Positions 11,183 to 20,469 of a DNA stretch of 64,000 bases are shown piece after piece. The notes below the pieces were generated by a model. The model was not told where the DNA came from. It saw only the letters and a list, made by a program, of their open reading frames with translations, and ran no database searches. Source of the stretch: Bacteroidota bacterium (GTDB lineage: Bacteria; Bacteroidota; Bacteroidia; Chitinophagales; Chitinophagaceae); NCBI GenBank assembly GCA_947452905.1, contig CANGEP010000008.1, positions 18,638-82,637 on the forward strand, written 5' to 3'. Every line of letters starts with the position of its first letter. The first letter of the stretch is position 1. The translations under genes and the position numbers were made by a program.

Positions 11183-11860
11183 TTAATAGTTACTTTTTAA
11201 AGTATCTGTGGCTGCTCCGGTAACAATAGCAACTCCTGCACTACAGCCAATTCGAGTGGCACCTGCTTCAATCATTTGTTTTGCTGTAGCAAAATCTCTG
11301 ATACCACCAGATGCTTTTATATGCACAGCCTCTGGTAAATGTTTACGAAACAATTGAACATCCTCTACACTAGCCCCTTTTTCGGCATAGCCTGTAGAGG
11401 TTTTTAAAAAATCAATACCTGCCACTCCATATATATCGCAACACTTGATAATTTCCTCCTTGGTTAACACCCCCGATTCAATAATAATTTTAATCGATTT
11501 GCCCTTGGATCTAATAATAGGCATGATGTGATTAATCTCGTCTGCAATGGCGGCCCAATCCCCATTTTTAATAGCCGAAATATTGGCCACCACATCTAAT
11601 TCATCGGCACCGTCTACCATTGCTAAAATAATTTCTGCAATCTTGGCTTCGGTAGCGCTATAACCAAAAGGAAAACCAATTACAGTGGCTACTTTAACCT
11701 CAGTATCTTGTAACTGCTGTTTAGCTAATTTTACAAAATTGGGGGGAACACAAACAGCAGCAAAATTGTATTGCTTTGCTTCGGCACATAATTTTTCAAT
11801 ATCTGCCACTAAGCAAGTAGGTTTTAAAACTGTATGATCGATGTATTTATTAAGCGGCAT
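11183..11860 (-). CDS. deoC: Deoxyribose-phosphate aldolase
   Basis: IDHTVLKP, VIGFPFG, FLKTSTG, IKASGGIR, RIGCS. The start is most likely MPLNKY at 11860, overlapping the secA stop, not the ORF-track start at 11923. Confidence 0.93.
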   Translation of the reverse strand: MPLNKYIDHTVLKPTCLVADIEKLCAEAKQYNFAAVCVPPNFVKLAKQQLQDTEVKVATVIGFPFGYSATEAKIAEIILAMVDGADELDVVANISAIKNGDWAAIADEINHIMPIIRSKGKSIKIIIESGVLTKEEIIKCCDIYGVAGIDFLKTSTGYAEKGASVEDVQLFRKHLPEAVHIKASGGIRDFATAKQMIEAGATRIGCSAGVAIVTGAATDTLKSNY

Positions 11861-14800
11861 CTTTTCCATGACAAGCTTTATATTTTTTACCACTGCCACA
11901 AGGACAAGGATCGTTACGACCAATTTTTGGACCTACACTAATAGGTGCTTGCTTTTGTTCGCTTGGATCATGGTATTGTTTTTCACCTACACCTTCCTCA
12001 GTTCTGTTGGCACTTAATCGAGATAAATCTGTTTTTTGTTGACGCCCTTCTTTTACGCCATTTTCAATAGGCAAATGTACATGACATAGAAACTGAATTA
12101 GCTTATGATTAATTTCGATATCCATTTTACGGAATAATTCAAAAGCTTCCATTTTATAAATTACTAAGGGATCTTTTTGTTCATAGGTAGCTGTTTGTAC
12201 CGATTGCTTTAAATCGTCCATGGCACGTAAATGCTCTTTCCAAGCATCATCAATTAAACTTAAAGAAATTGATTTTTCGGCCTGTGTGGCTAAAGCTTGG
12301 CCTCCACTACTTACATTTTTATCTAAATTCACCAACACATTGTATGCCACTTTTCCATCGCCTACAGGCACAATTACATTCTCGATATGACTACCTTGTT
12401 CTAAGCGAATTTTCTTAAATACAGGAATACTTTCTTGCATAATTTCACGCTTACGATATTCGTAATGTGCCAATGCTTCTTGATAAGCTATCTCCACTAA
12501 TTCTTGATCATTGGTTTTGCTAAATTGATCCTCTGTAATTTTACTATCAAATCCTGCATGAACAATTAATGACAATTTAAAGTTTTCAAAATTATTGGTT
12601 GTCTTATGAGACATTACCAATCCTTCAATCACTTGATAAAAGGCATTATCAATATCCAAAGCTAATCTTTCGCCGAATAAAGCATGATTACGTTTTTTGT
12701 AGATTACTGCTCTTTGCTTATTCATTACATCATCATATTCTAATAAGCGTTTTCTAATGCCAAAGTTATTTTCCTCCACTTTCTTTTGTGCACGCTCAAT
12801 TGATTTAGTGATCATGCTGTGCTGAATCACTTCTCCTTCTTTATACCCTGCAAAGTCCATTACTTTTGCAATTCTTTCACTTCCAAACATGCGCATTAAG
12901 TCGTCTTCTAAAGAAACAAAAAATTGAGAAGAACCTGGATCCCCTTGACGACCTGCACGACCTCGCAATTGTCTATCCACACGACGAGATTCATGTCGCT
13001 CTGTACCTAATATCGCTAAACCACCAGCAGCTTTTACTTCGGGGCTTAATTTAATATCTGTACCACGACCCGCCATATTGGTAGCAATGGTTACTGCGCC
13101 GGTTAAACCTGCTTCGGCAACTACTTGTGCTTCACGTGCATGTTGCTTGGCATTAAGTACATTATGAGGAATATTTTTTTGACGTAGCATTCTTGATAAT
13201 AATTCACTTACTTCTACACTCGTAGTTCCCACTAAAACGGGACGGCCTTTTTCACGCAAGTCTACAATAGCATCAATCACAGCACCAAATTTTTCACGCT
13301 TGGTTTTAAACACCATGTCCTGCTCATCAAAACGAACTGCAGGAATATTAGTGGGTATCGTAACCACATCTAATTTGTAAATGCTCCAAAACTCTGCTGC
13401 CTCTGTTTCGGCAGTTCCTGTCATACCACCTAATTTGTGATACATTCTAAAGAAGTTTTGTAAAGTAATGGTGGCGTAGGTTTGTGTAGCTGCTTCAATT
13501 TTTACATTTTCTTTGGCTTCAATCGCTTGGTGTAAACCATCGGAGTAACGACGACCTTCCATGATACGGCCAGTTTGCTCATCTACAATTTTTACTTGGC
13601 CTTCGATCACTACATACTCTACATCATTGTCAAATAAAGTATAAGCTTTTAATAATTGATTCACGGTGTGAATGCGATCGGCCTTGATACTATATTCAGA
13701 AATAATTTCTTCTTTTTGTTTTAATTTTTCGTCCGCACTTAATGCTAGGTTTTGATCGATTGCATTAAGCGTTATACTGATATCTGGCAACAAGAAAAAG
13801 TTTGGATCTTCTCCCGATTTTGTAATTAAGCTTAACCCCTTTTCAGTTAATTCAACTGAGTTATTTTTTTCGTCGATATGAAAAAATAATTCTTCATCTA
13901 CTATGGGCATTTCTCTTTGTTGATCGGCCAAATAGTAGTTCTCTGATTTTTGTAATTTAACTCTTACGCCAGGTTCACTTAAATATTTAATTAAGGCGCC
14001 ATTTTTAGGCAAACCTCTAAAGGCACGATATAATGCCAATCCACCATCTTTAGGATCGTCATTGTTTTCTCCAATTTTCTTTTTGGCTTCTATTAAAAAT
14101 TGACTCACTACTTTCTTTTGTGCTTCTACCAATTTTTCGATTCTTGGTTTTAACTCAAAAAATTGTTGCTCTCCCGTTTGATGGCCAATGGGACCAGAAA
14201 TAATTAAAGGGGTACGGGCATCATCAATTAAAACACTATCCACCTCATCCACCATGGCATAATGATGTTTGCGTTGCACCATCTCCTCTGGTGTATGCAC
14301 CATATTATCTCTTAGGTAATCAAAACCAAATTCATTATTAGTTCCATAAGTAATACCTGCACGATAAGCGTTACGACGCTCTTCAGAATTGGGCTGATGC
14401 TTATCGATACAATCCACTGTAATACCTAACCATTCAAAAATAGTTCCATTCCACTCACTATCACGTTTGGCTAAATAATCATTCACAGTTACGATGTGTA
14501 CTCCTTCGCCTGCAAGTGCATTTAAATAAGCAGGTAAGGTTGATACCAAAGTTTTACCCTCACCGGTAGACATCTCAGCGATCTTACCTTGATGTAAAAC
14601 GATACCTCCTAATAACTGCACATCATAGTGCACCATGTTCCAAGTAATGGGGGTGCCTGCAGCTTTCCAGGTTGTTTGGAAAACGGCATCATTGCCTTTT
14701 ATACTGATATATTCTTTTTTTACTGAAAGCTCACGGTCTAAATCGGTTGCCGCCGACACTAATTCTTCGTTATCTGTAAATCGACGTGCTGTTTCTTTTA

Positions 14801-15146
14801 CCACCGCAAAAGCCTCAGGTAAAATTTCCCATAATATTTTCTCTAATTCCTGATCACGATCCTTTTTAATTTTATCTATGTTTTCATAGATGGTATCGCG
14901 ACCCATTAAATCGCTTAATTCTAATGCTTCGGCTGCTGCTTGTTGAGATTCAATTTCTGCATCCAGGGGGGCAACATGTGCTTTAATTCTAGCTTGAAAC
15001 TCGCTAGTTTTTGCTCTTAATTCATCGTTTGAGAGCGTTTTATAAGACGCAAAATGCCCGTTTATAACGGCCACTAAATGCTGTATTTTTTTGACGTCTT
15101 TCTCACTTTTCGATCCGCCAAACAGTTTACTGATAATTTGCAACAT
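11850..15146 (-). CDS. secA: Preprotein translocase ATPase SecA
   Basis: EMSTGEGKT, VDEVDSVLIDDARTPLIISG, TNMAGRGTDI, QLRGRAGRQGDPG; C-terminal zinc motif CPCGSGKKYKACH. Confidence 0.98.
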   Translation of the reverse strand: MLQIISKLFGGSKSEKDVKKIQHLVAVINGHFASYKTLSNDELRAKTSEFQARIKAHVAPLDAEIESQQAAAEALELSDLMGRDTIYENIDKIKKDRDQELEKILWEILPEAFAVVKETARRFTDNEELVSAATDLDRELSVKKEYISIKGNDAVFQTTWKAAGTPITWNMVHYDVQLLGGIVLHQGKIAEMSTGEGKTLVSTLPAYLNALAGEGVHIVTVNDYLAKRDSEWNGTIFEWLGITVDCIDKHQPNSEERRNAYRAGITYGTNNEFGFDYLRDNMVHTPEEMVQRKHHYAMVDEVDSVLIDDARTPLIISGPIGHQTGEQQFFELKPRIEKLVEAQKKVVSQFLIEAKKKIGENNDDPKDGGLALYRAFRGLPKNGALIKYLSEPGVRVKLQKSENYYLADQQREMPIVDEELFFHIDEKNNSVELTEKGLSLITKSGEDPNFFLLPDISITLNAIDQNLALSADEKLKQKEEIISEYSIKADRIHTVNQLLKAYTLFDNDVEYVVIEGQVKIVDEQTGRIMEGRRYSDGLHQAIEAKENVKIEAATQTYATITLQNFFRMYHKLGGMTGTAETEAAEFWSIYKLDVVTIPTNIPAVRFDEQDMVFKTKREKFGAVIDAIVDLREKGRPVLVGTTSVEVSELLSRMLRQKNIPHNVLNAKQHAREAQVVAEAGLTGAVTIATNMAGRGTDIKLSPEVKAAGGLAILGTERHESRRVDRQLRGRAGRQGDPGSSQFFVSLEDDLMRMFGSERIAKVMDFAGYKEGEVIQHSMITKSIERAQKKVEENNFGIRKRLLEYDDVMNKQRAVIYKKRNHALFGERLALDIDNAFYQVIEGLVMSHKTTNNFENFKLSLIVHAGFDSKITEDQFSKTNDQELVEIAYQEALAHYEYRKREIMQESIPVFKKIRLEQGSHIENVIVPVGDGKVAYNVLVNLDKNVSSGGQALATQAEKSISLSLIDDAWKEHLRAMDDLKQSVQTATYEQKDPLVIYKMEAFELFRKMDIEINHKLIQFLCHVHLPIENGVKEGRQQKTDLSRLSANRTEEGVGEKQYHDPSEQKQAPISVGPKIGRNDPCPCGSGKKYKACHGKDAA

Positions 15147-15168
15147 AATCCTTCACTTTATAGGGTCT

Positions 15169-15176
15169 CAAAGGTA
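15169..15176 (-). promoter_or_regulatory. Bacteroidota -7 promoter element for secA
   Basis: Minus-strand TACCTTTG matches the TAnnTTTG consensus, about 22 nt upstream of the secA ATG. Confidence 0.7.
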
Positions 15177-15268
15177 AGCAATTGAGGGCAGTTTGACCCT
15201 TTTAAAGCCCCCCCAATATAAAAATTAAGTTGAAGCGGCTGAAAAGAGGAAAATGGGGGAAAAAATTA

Positions 15269-15276
15269 TACCTTTG
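15269..15276 (+). promoter_or_regulatory. Bacteroidota -7 promoter element for atpG
   Basis: TACCTTTG matches TAnnTTTG, 30 nt upstream of the atpG ATG. Confidence 0.7.
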
Positions 15277-15306
15277 CTCGCCTAAAACAACGGAAACAAT
15301 AAAGCT

Positions 15307-16176
15307 ATGGCTGGTCAATTAAAAGAAGTAAGAAATAGGATAAAAAGTACCCAAAGTACTCAGCAAATAACAAAAGCCATGAAAATGGTGAGTGCTGCTA
15401 AATTACGTCGTGCGCAGGATGCCATTACCCAAATGCGTCCTTATTCTCGTAAACTACAAGATATGCTTAGTAATATCATAGGTAGTTTAGAGGGAGATAT
15501 GAATTTGGCTTTAGCCGAAAATCGTCCAGTGAAAAACGTATTGTTGATAGTGATTACTTCGGATCGTGGATTGTGTGGTGGTTATAACGCCAATGTGGTA
15601 AAATTAGCCAAAGCAACCATTGCAGAAAAATACCCTACCCAAAAAGTAACTATTTGGAATATTGGTAAAAAAGGATTTGAAAGTTTATCCAAATCTGGTT
15701 TTAATACCAATGCCGATTTTAAAGATATCTTTTTACAATTAACTTTTAGCAATGTTCAAAAAGCTGCGAAAGCTGCGATGGATGCATTTGCTAATAAAGA
15801 GTTTGATGCTATCGATATTATTTATAGTGAATTTAAAAACGCTGCTACACAAGAGTTTAAAGCAGAAGCGTTTTTACCTATCCCTAAGATAGCCAAGAAA
15901 GATAATCAGAAAAAAACTGATTTTATTTTTGAACCACAAAAAGAAACTTTGGTAGCTGAATTAATGCCAAAGATTTTAAATACACAATTATTCAAAGCCA
16001 TATTAGACGCTAATGCAAGTGAGCATGGTGCTAGAATGACCGCAATGGATAAGGCTTCTGAGAATGCCAACGAATTATTAAAATCATTGAAAATATCTTA
16101 TAACCGAGCACGTCAAGCTGCTATTACTACCGAATTAACGGAGATTGTAAGTGGTGCTGCTGCCTTAAACGGTTAA
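15307..16176 (+). CDS. atpG: F1 ATP synthase gamma subunit
   Basis: QITKAMKMVSAAKLRRAQ, ITSDRGLCG, SEHGARMTAMDKASENA, RQAAITTELTEIVSGA. Confidence 0.97.
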   Translation: MAGQLKEVRNRIKSTQSTQQITKAMKMVSAAKLRRAQDAITQMRPYSRKLQDMLSNIIGSLEGDMNLALAENRPVKNVLLIVITSDRGLCGGYNANVVKLAKATIAEKYPTQKVTIWNIGKKGFESLSKSGFNTNADFKDIFLQLTFSNVQKAAKAAMDAFANKEFDAIDIIYSEFKNAATQEFKAEAFLPIPKIAKKDNQKKTDFIFEPQKETLVAELMPKILNTQLFKAILDANASEHGARMTAMDKASENANELLKSLKISYNRARQAAITTELTEIVSGAAALNG

Positions 16177-16187
16177 GAAACTATTAT

Positions 16188-16880
16188 ATGGAAATTAGTC
16201 AAATCATTCCTCATATCGAAGCATTAATCTTTGCCAGTGACAAAGCATTAAACGCCAACGACATTACCGAATTAATTAATAATGCATTTGCATTTTTAGA
16301 AGAGCGCATTACACCCGATCAAGTGGATAGTGCCCTAAATGGTATTCAAGAGAAGTATGCGACCGAATTTTATCCCTTTGAGTTAAAACAAAGTGGTGGT
16401 GGCTGGCAATTTTTAACCAAGCCCGATTTTCATAAAACCATTGCTCAATTAAATGGCGACAAATTCTTAAAGCGTTTATCCAACGCTGCTTTAGAATCTT
16501 TAGCGATTATTGCTTACAAACAACCTATCACCAAAGGTGAAGTGGAAGCCATCAGAGGCGTGAATAGCGATTATTCTATTCAAAAATTATTAGAAAAAGA
16601 ACTGATAGTAATATCAGGCCGAAATGAAACCTTACCTGGTAAGCCATTGGTATACTCTACTTCTAAAAACTTCATGGATTATTTTGGCATTAACTCTACC
16701 GACGATTTACCTAAAATCAAAGAAGTATTAGCTGAGCAAATTGTAGAAGCAACTGTTATTAAACCCGAAGATTTTACCGATAATAGCGTTTTTGAACAAA
16801 CCGAAACCCCCAACACCGACGAAGAAAATGGGGAAGCAGAAAATGGGGATGACAACTACGAGATTGGCGCTCAAGACTAA
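16188..16880 (+). CDS. scpB: SMC-Scp complex subunit ScpB
   Basis: IEALIFAS, LESLAIIAYKQPITKGEVEAIRGV, PGKPLVYSTSKNFMDYFGI; acidic tail. Confidence 0.92.
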   Translation: MEISQIIPHIEALIFASDKALNANDITELINNAFAFLEERITPDQVDSALNGIQEKYATEFYPFELKQSGGGWQFLTKPDFHKTIAQLNGDKFLKRLSNAALESLAIIAYKQPITKGEVEAIRGVNSDYSIQKLLEKELIVISGRNETLPGKPLVYSTSKNFMDYFGINSTDDLPKIKEVLAEQIVEATVIKPEDFTDNSVFEQTETPNTDEENGEAENGDDNYEIGAQD

Positions 16881-16913
16881 GCCCCGCATTTCTTAATATT
16901 GTATCTTCGTAGT

Positions 16914-18125
16914 ATGAAATCCAGTTTATCCTACGAACAATTAAAAGCAGCTGCTAACCAGTATGGGACACCTTTGTATGTGTATCATGCAGAGAAGATA
17001 CAATCTCAATATCAAAATCTTTTAACTCATTTTGGAAACAACCATGCACGCTTTTTTTACGCTTGCAAGGCACTTACTAATATTCATATTTTAGACCTTA
17101 TAAAAAGAATAGGTTGCAATGTAGATTGTAGTTCAATTAATGAAGCTAAACTAGCCTTACATGTAGGCTTTAATCCTAAAAATGTTTTATACACAAGCAA
17201 TAGTGTAAGCTTTGAAGAAATTTGTGAAGCAGTGGGCTTAGGTATTCATGTAAATATTGACAGTTTATCTAATCTCGAAAAATTTGGCGCCAAGTTTGGT
17301 AGTAATTATCCAGTGGGGGTTCGTATTAGACCTAATATTATGGCTGGCGGGAACTTAAAAATTTCTACAGGGCATGATAAAAGTAAATTTGGTATCCCAG
17401 TTACACAAATTGACGAACTTAAAGCGATTCAAGAAAAATATGCTATAAATATTGCAACACTTCATATACATACGGGTAGTGAAATTAAAGACGTACAAGT
17501 ATTTATGCTATCAGCCGATGTGTTTGATGCTTTACTAAGCTACTTCCCTAGCGTAAATGTATTAGATTTTGGCGGAGGCTTTAAAGTTCCCTACAAGCCC
17601 GATGAGAAAGGGACGGACATTGCTTTATTAGGTGCGGAGGTTAATAAAGTAATAGAAAAATTATCTGCCAAATATGGTCGTCCGCTCATTGCTTGGTTTG
17701 AACCTGGAAAGTATATGGTGAGTGAAGCAGGTTATTTTTTAGCACAAGTAAATGTGTTAAAAAAATCTGGCGACATCCAATTTGCAGGTATAAACACAGG
17801 GCTCAATCATTTAATTCGTCCTATGTTTTACGATGCTTATCATTATATCGACAATATTAGTAGCCCGCTAAAAGAAAAACAAAACTATGCAGTGGTAGGA
17901 AACATTTGCGAGACCGATACTTTTGCATGGGATAGAGAAATTCCTGAAATTAAGGAACAAGATATTTTAGTATTTTATAACGCAGGTGCTTATGGCTATG
18001 AGATGGCTAGTAACTATAATGCCAGATATAAGCCTGCACAGGTATTATATGAAAACGACCAACATAAATTAATTAGCCGTAGAGATAATTTTGAAGACTT
18101 ACTGCATTTACAAATGCCTTTATAA
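16914..18125 (+). CDS. lysA: Diaminopimelate decarboxylase
   Basis: YGTPLYVY, FYACKAL (PLP lysine), HIHTGS, FGGGF, EPGKY, GNICET. The start is likely 16914 (ORF track gives 16899). Confidence 0.93.
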   Translation: MKSSLSYEQLKAAANQYGTPLYVYHAEKIQSQYQNLLTHFGNNHARFFYACKALTNIHILDLIKRIGCNVDCSSINEAKLALHVGFNPKNVLYTSNSVSFEEICEAVGLGIHVNIDSLSNLEKFGAKFGSNYPVGVRIRPNIMAGGNLKISTGHDKSKFGIPVTQIDELKAIQEKYAINIATLHIHTGSEIKDVQVFMLSADVFDALLSYFPSVNVLDFGGGFKVPYKPDEKGTDIALLGAEVNKVIEKLSAKYGRPLIAWFEPGKYMVSEAGYFLAQVNVLKKSGDIQFAGINTGLNHLIRPMFYDAYHYIDNISSPLKEKQNYAVVGNICETDTFAWDREIPEIKEQDILVFYNAGAYGYEMASNYNARYKPAQVLYENDQHKLISRRDNFEDLLHLQMPL

Positions 18126-18132
18126 ATAGCGC

Positions 18133-18903
18133 ATGATTAAAATCGAAAATATCAGTAAAAAATTTGGGGACAAGATTGTTCTTGATGATATTTCTGCGCA
18201 TTTTGTTCAGGGTAAGTGTAATTTAATTATCGGTGCTAGCGGTAGTGGCAAAACGGTACTTATTAAATGCATGGTGGATTTAATTCAGGCCGATAAAGGA
18301 AAAATATTGTTTGAAAATATTAACCTGGGCTCGATGAACAAGGAGGAAAGAAAAGATTTACGACATAATATTGGCATGCTTTTTCAGGGTAATGCCTTAT
18401 TTGACTCAATGACAGTAGAGGAAAATGTAAAATTTCCTTTAGACATGTTTTCGAATTTACTAGAAACCGAAAAATTAGATAAAGTAAATAAAATGTTGGC
18501 GCGTGTTAATTTAACTGGCGCCAATGACAAATATCCGGCTGAGATAAGTGGAGGAATGAAAAAAAGAGTAGGCTTGGCAAGAGCTTTGGTACTTAATCCT
18601 AAGTATTTATTTTGTGACGAGCCTAACTCGGGCTTAGATCCTCAAACATCCATGGTGATAGATAAGTTAATTCATGAACTTACCATCGAATACAATATTA
18701 CAACCATTGTGGTTACCCACGACATGAATAGTGTTATGGAAATTGGAGATAAAATTATTTATTTACACCAAGGCAAGAAAGAATGGGAAGGATCTAAGAA
18801 AGACATCATCTACTGCCAAAACGAACTTTTAAATAATTTTATTTTCGCTTCCGACTTTTTACAAGACGCGAAGGAAAAAAGAATGATGGATACTAAATTA
18901 TAA
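18133..18903 (+). CDS. mlaF: ABC transporter ATP-binding protein, MlaF family
   Basis: GASGSGKT, ISGGMKKRVGLARA, FCDEPNSGLDP, VVTHD. Confidence 0.82.
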   Translation: MIKIENISKKFGDKIVLDDISAHFVQGKCNLIIGASGSGKTVLIKCMVDLIQADKGKILFENINLGSMNKEERKDLRHNIGMLFQGNALFDSMTVEENVKFPLDMFSNLLETEKLDKVNKMLARVNLTGANDKYPAEISGGMKKRVGLARALVLNPKYLFCDEPNSGLDPQTSMVIDKLIHELTIEYNITTIVVTHDMNSVMEIGDKIIYLHQGKKEWEGSKKDIIYCQNELLNNFIFASDFLQDAKEKRMMDTKL

Positions 18904-18920
18904 TTTATAAAAGTGAAACT

Positions 18921-19418
18921 ATGAAGTACCTTGTATTATGCCTATTGTGTGTTGGATTATCAAGTAGCCTTTGGGCCCAATCCGATCCCAATGCCCCTTA
19001 TCAAAAAGATAAAAATTTACCCAATTTTAGCTTGATCTCTGTGGATGGCAAAGAAGTGACTAACAAACAAATGCCTACCAAATACAAGTATACTTTTATA
19101 CTCATTTTTAGCCCCGACTGTTCACATTGCGAACATGAGGCCGAGGAGCTAAATAAGAATATGGATAAGTTTAAAGATGTCTTATTTATTTGGGATAGCT
19201 ATAGAGATATGGAGGCTATCAAGAAATTTGCTACAAAATATAACCTTGCGGGCAAGCCTAATATTATTATAGGCCGTGATCCTGGCTTTACCCTGCCCGT
19301 CTTTTTCAGACCTCGTATGACCCCTTTTATGGCTATCTATAAAAACGGGTTATTGGTTAAGATATTTGAACAAGGTGCTGAAGTAGGAGATTTACTTAAA
19401 ATTGTGCAAGGCAATTAA
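18921..19418 (+). CDS. Exported thioredoxin-fold (redoxin/TlpA-like) protein
   Basis: Signal peptide, FSPDCSHC (CxxC), and a cis-Pro-like MTPF motif. Confidence 0.75.
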   Translation: MKYLVLCLLCVGLSSSLWAQSDPNAPYQKDKNLPNFSLISVDGKEVTNKQMPTKYKYTFILIFSPDCSHCEHEAEELNKNMDKFKDVLFIWDSYRDMEAIKKFATKYNLAGKPNIIIGRDPGFTLPVFFRPRMTPFMAIYKNGLLVKIFEQGAEVGDLLKIVQGN

Positions 19419-19427
19419 GGAATTGCC

Positions 19428-19435
19428 TAACTTTG
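19428..19435 (+). promoter_or_regulatory. -7 promoter element for mdh
   Basis: TAACTTTG matches TAnnTTTG, followed by an A-rich leader. Confidence 0.7.
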
Positions 19436-19475
19436 CCCCGTAAAAAAACAATCATTTACTTATAAATTACACCAC

Positions 19476-20405
19476 ATGAAAATTACTGTAGTTGGAGCAG
19501 GTGCTGTTGGCGCTACTTGTGCCGATAATATTGCTCGTAAAGAATTAGCCACTGAGCTTGTTTTATTAGACATTAAAGAAGGTTTTGCAGAAGGTAAAGC
19601 GCAAGACATGATGCAGACAGCTGCTTTATTAGGTTTTGATACTCGCATTTCTGGTAGCACTAATGATTATAGCAAAACAGCGAATTCGGATGTGGTAGTA
19701 ATTACCTCTGGCTTACCTCGTAAACCAGGGATGACGCGCGAAGAATTAATTGGCACCAATGCAGGAATTGTAAAAGGTGTGTGTGAAAATATTTTAAAGT
19801 TTTCTCCAAATGCTATTATCATTGTTATTAGTAATCCTATGGATACAATGACTTATTTAGCTTTACAGTCAACTGGTTTACCTAAAAACAGAATCATTGG
19901 AATGGGTGGCACTTTAGACAGCGCTCGTTTTAAATATCAATTAAGCACTACCTTAAATTGTAGCCCTGCCGATTTAAATGCTTTAGTAGTTGGTGGTCAT
20001 GGTGATACCACTATGATTCCTTTAATTAAACATGCTACTTGGAATAGCATCCCCGTAACTAAATTTTTAGACGAAGCACAACAAGAAAAAATTATTGCTG
20101 ACACCATGGTAGGTGGTGCCACTTTAACAAAATTATTAGGCACTTCGGCTTGGTATGCTCCAGGTGCTGCAGGAGCAGCTTTGGTTGAAAGTATTGTAAG
20201 AGATGAAAAGAAATTATTTACTTGTTGCGTAAGCTTGAACGGCGAATATGGTCAAAATGATATTTGCTTGGGCGTACCTGTTGTTATTGGCAAAAATGGA
20301 TGGGAGAAAATTGTGGAGATGGATTTATCTGCTGATGAACAAGCTGCCTTTAACAAAAGTGCAGAAGCTGTAAGAAGCATGAACGATGTGTTAAAAACAT
20401 TATAA
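19476..20405 (+). CDS. mdh: Malate dehydrogenase (LDH-like)
   Basis: VGAGAVG, PRKPGMTREEL, SNPMDT, LDSARF, GGHGD, SAWYAP. Confidence 0.95.
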   Translation: MKITVVGAGAVGATCADNIARKELATELVLLDIKEGFAEGKAQDMMQTAALLGFDTRISGSTNDYSKTANSDVVVITSGLPRKPGMTREELIGTNAGIVKGVCENILKFSPNAIIIVISNPMDTMTYLALQSTGLPKNRIIGMGGTLDSARFKYQLSTTLNCSPADLNALVVGGHGDTTMIPLIKHATWNSIPVTKFLDEAQQEKIIADTMVGGATLTKLLGTSAWYAPGAAGAALVESIVRDEKKLFTCCVSLNGEYGQNDICLGVPVVIGKNGWEKIVEMDLSADEQAAFNKSAEAVRSMNDVLKTL

Positions 20406-20420
20406 TACACTTTATTAAAT

Positions 20421-20454
20421 AAAAAAAGCCTCACTTTGCAGTGAGGCTTTTTTT
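20421..20454. terminator. Bidirectional intrinsic terminator between mdh and the GT9 gene
   Basis: AAAAAAAGCCTCAC-tttgca-GTGAGGCTTTTTTT between convergent genes. Confidence 0.9.
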
Positions 20455-20469
20455 ATTAGAGATAATTAA

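Noticed and set aside
11861-11923. Extended deoC N-terminus (MVVTILVLVAVVK...)
   Set aside because: It lies within the secA zinc-finger coding region; DeoC homology starts at MPLNKYIDHT.
4912-14853. Short opposite-strand ORFs (4912, 6095, 7135, 7401, 8425, 9216, 10277, 12866, 14635)
   Set aside because: All are shadow frames of well-identified genes, with no motifs or expression signals of their own.
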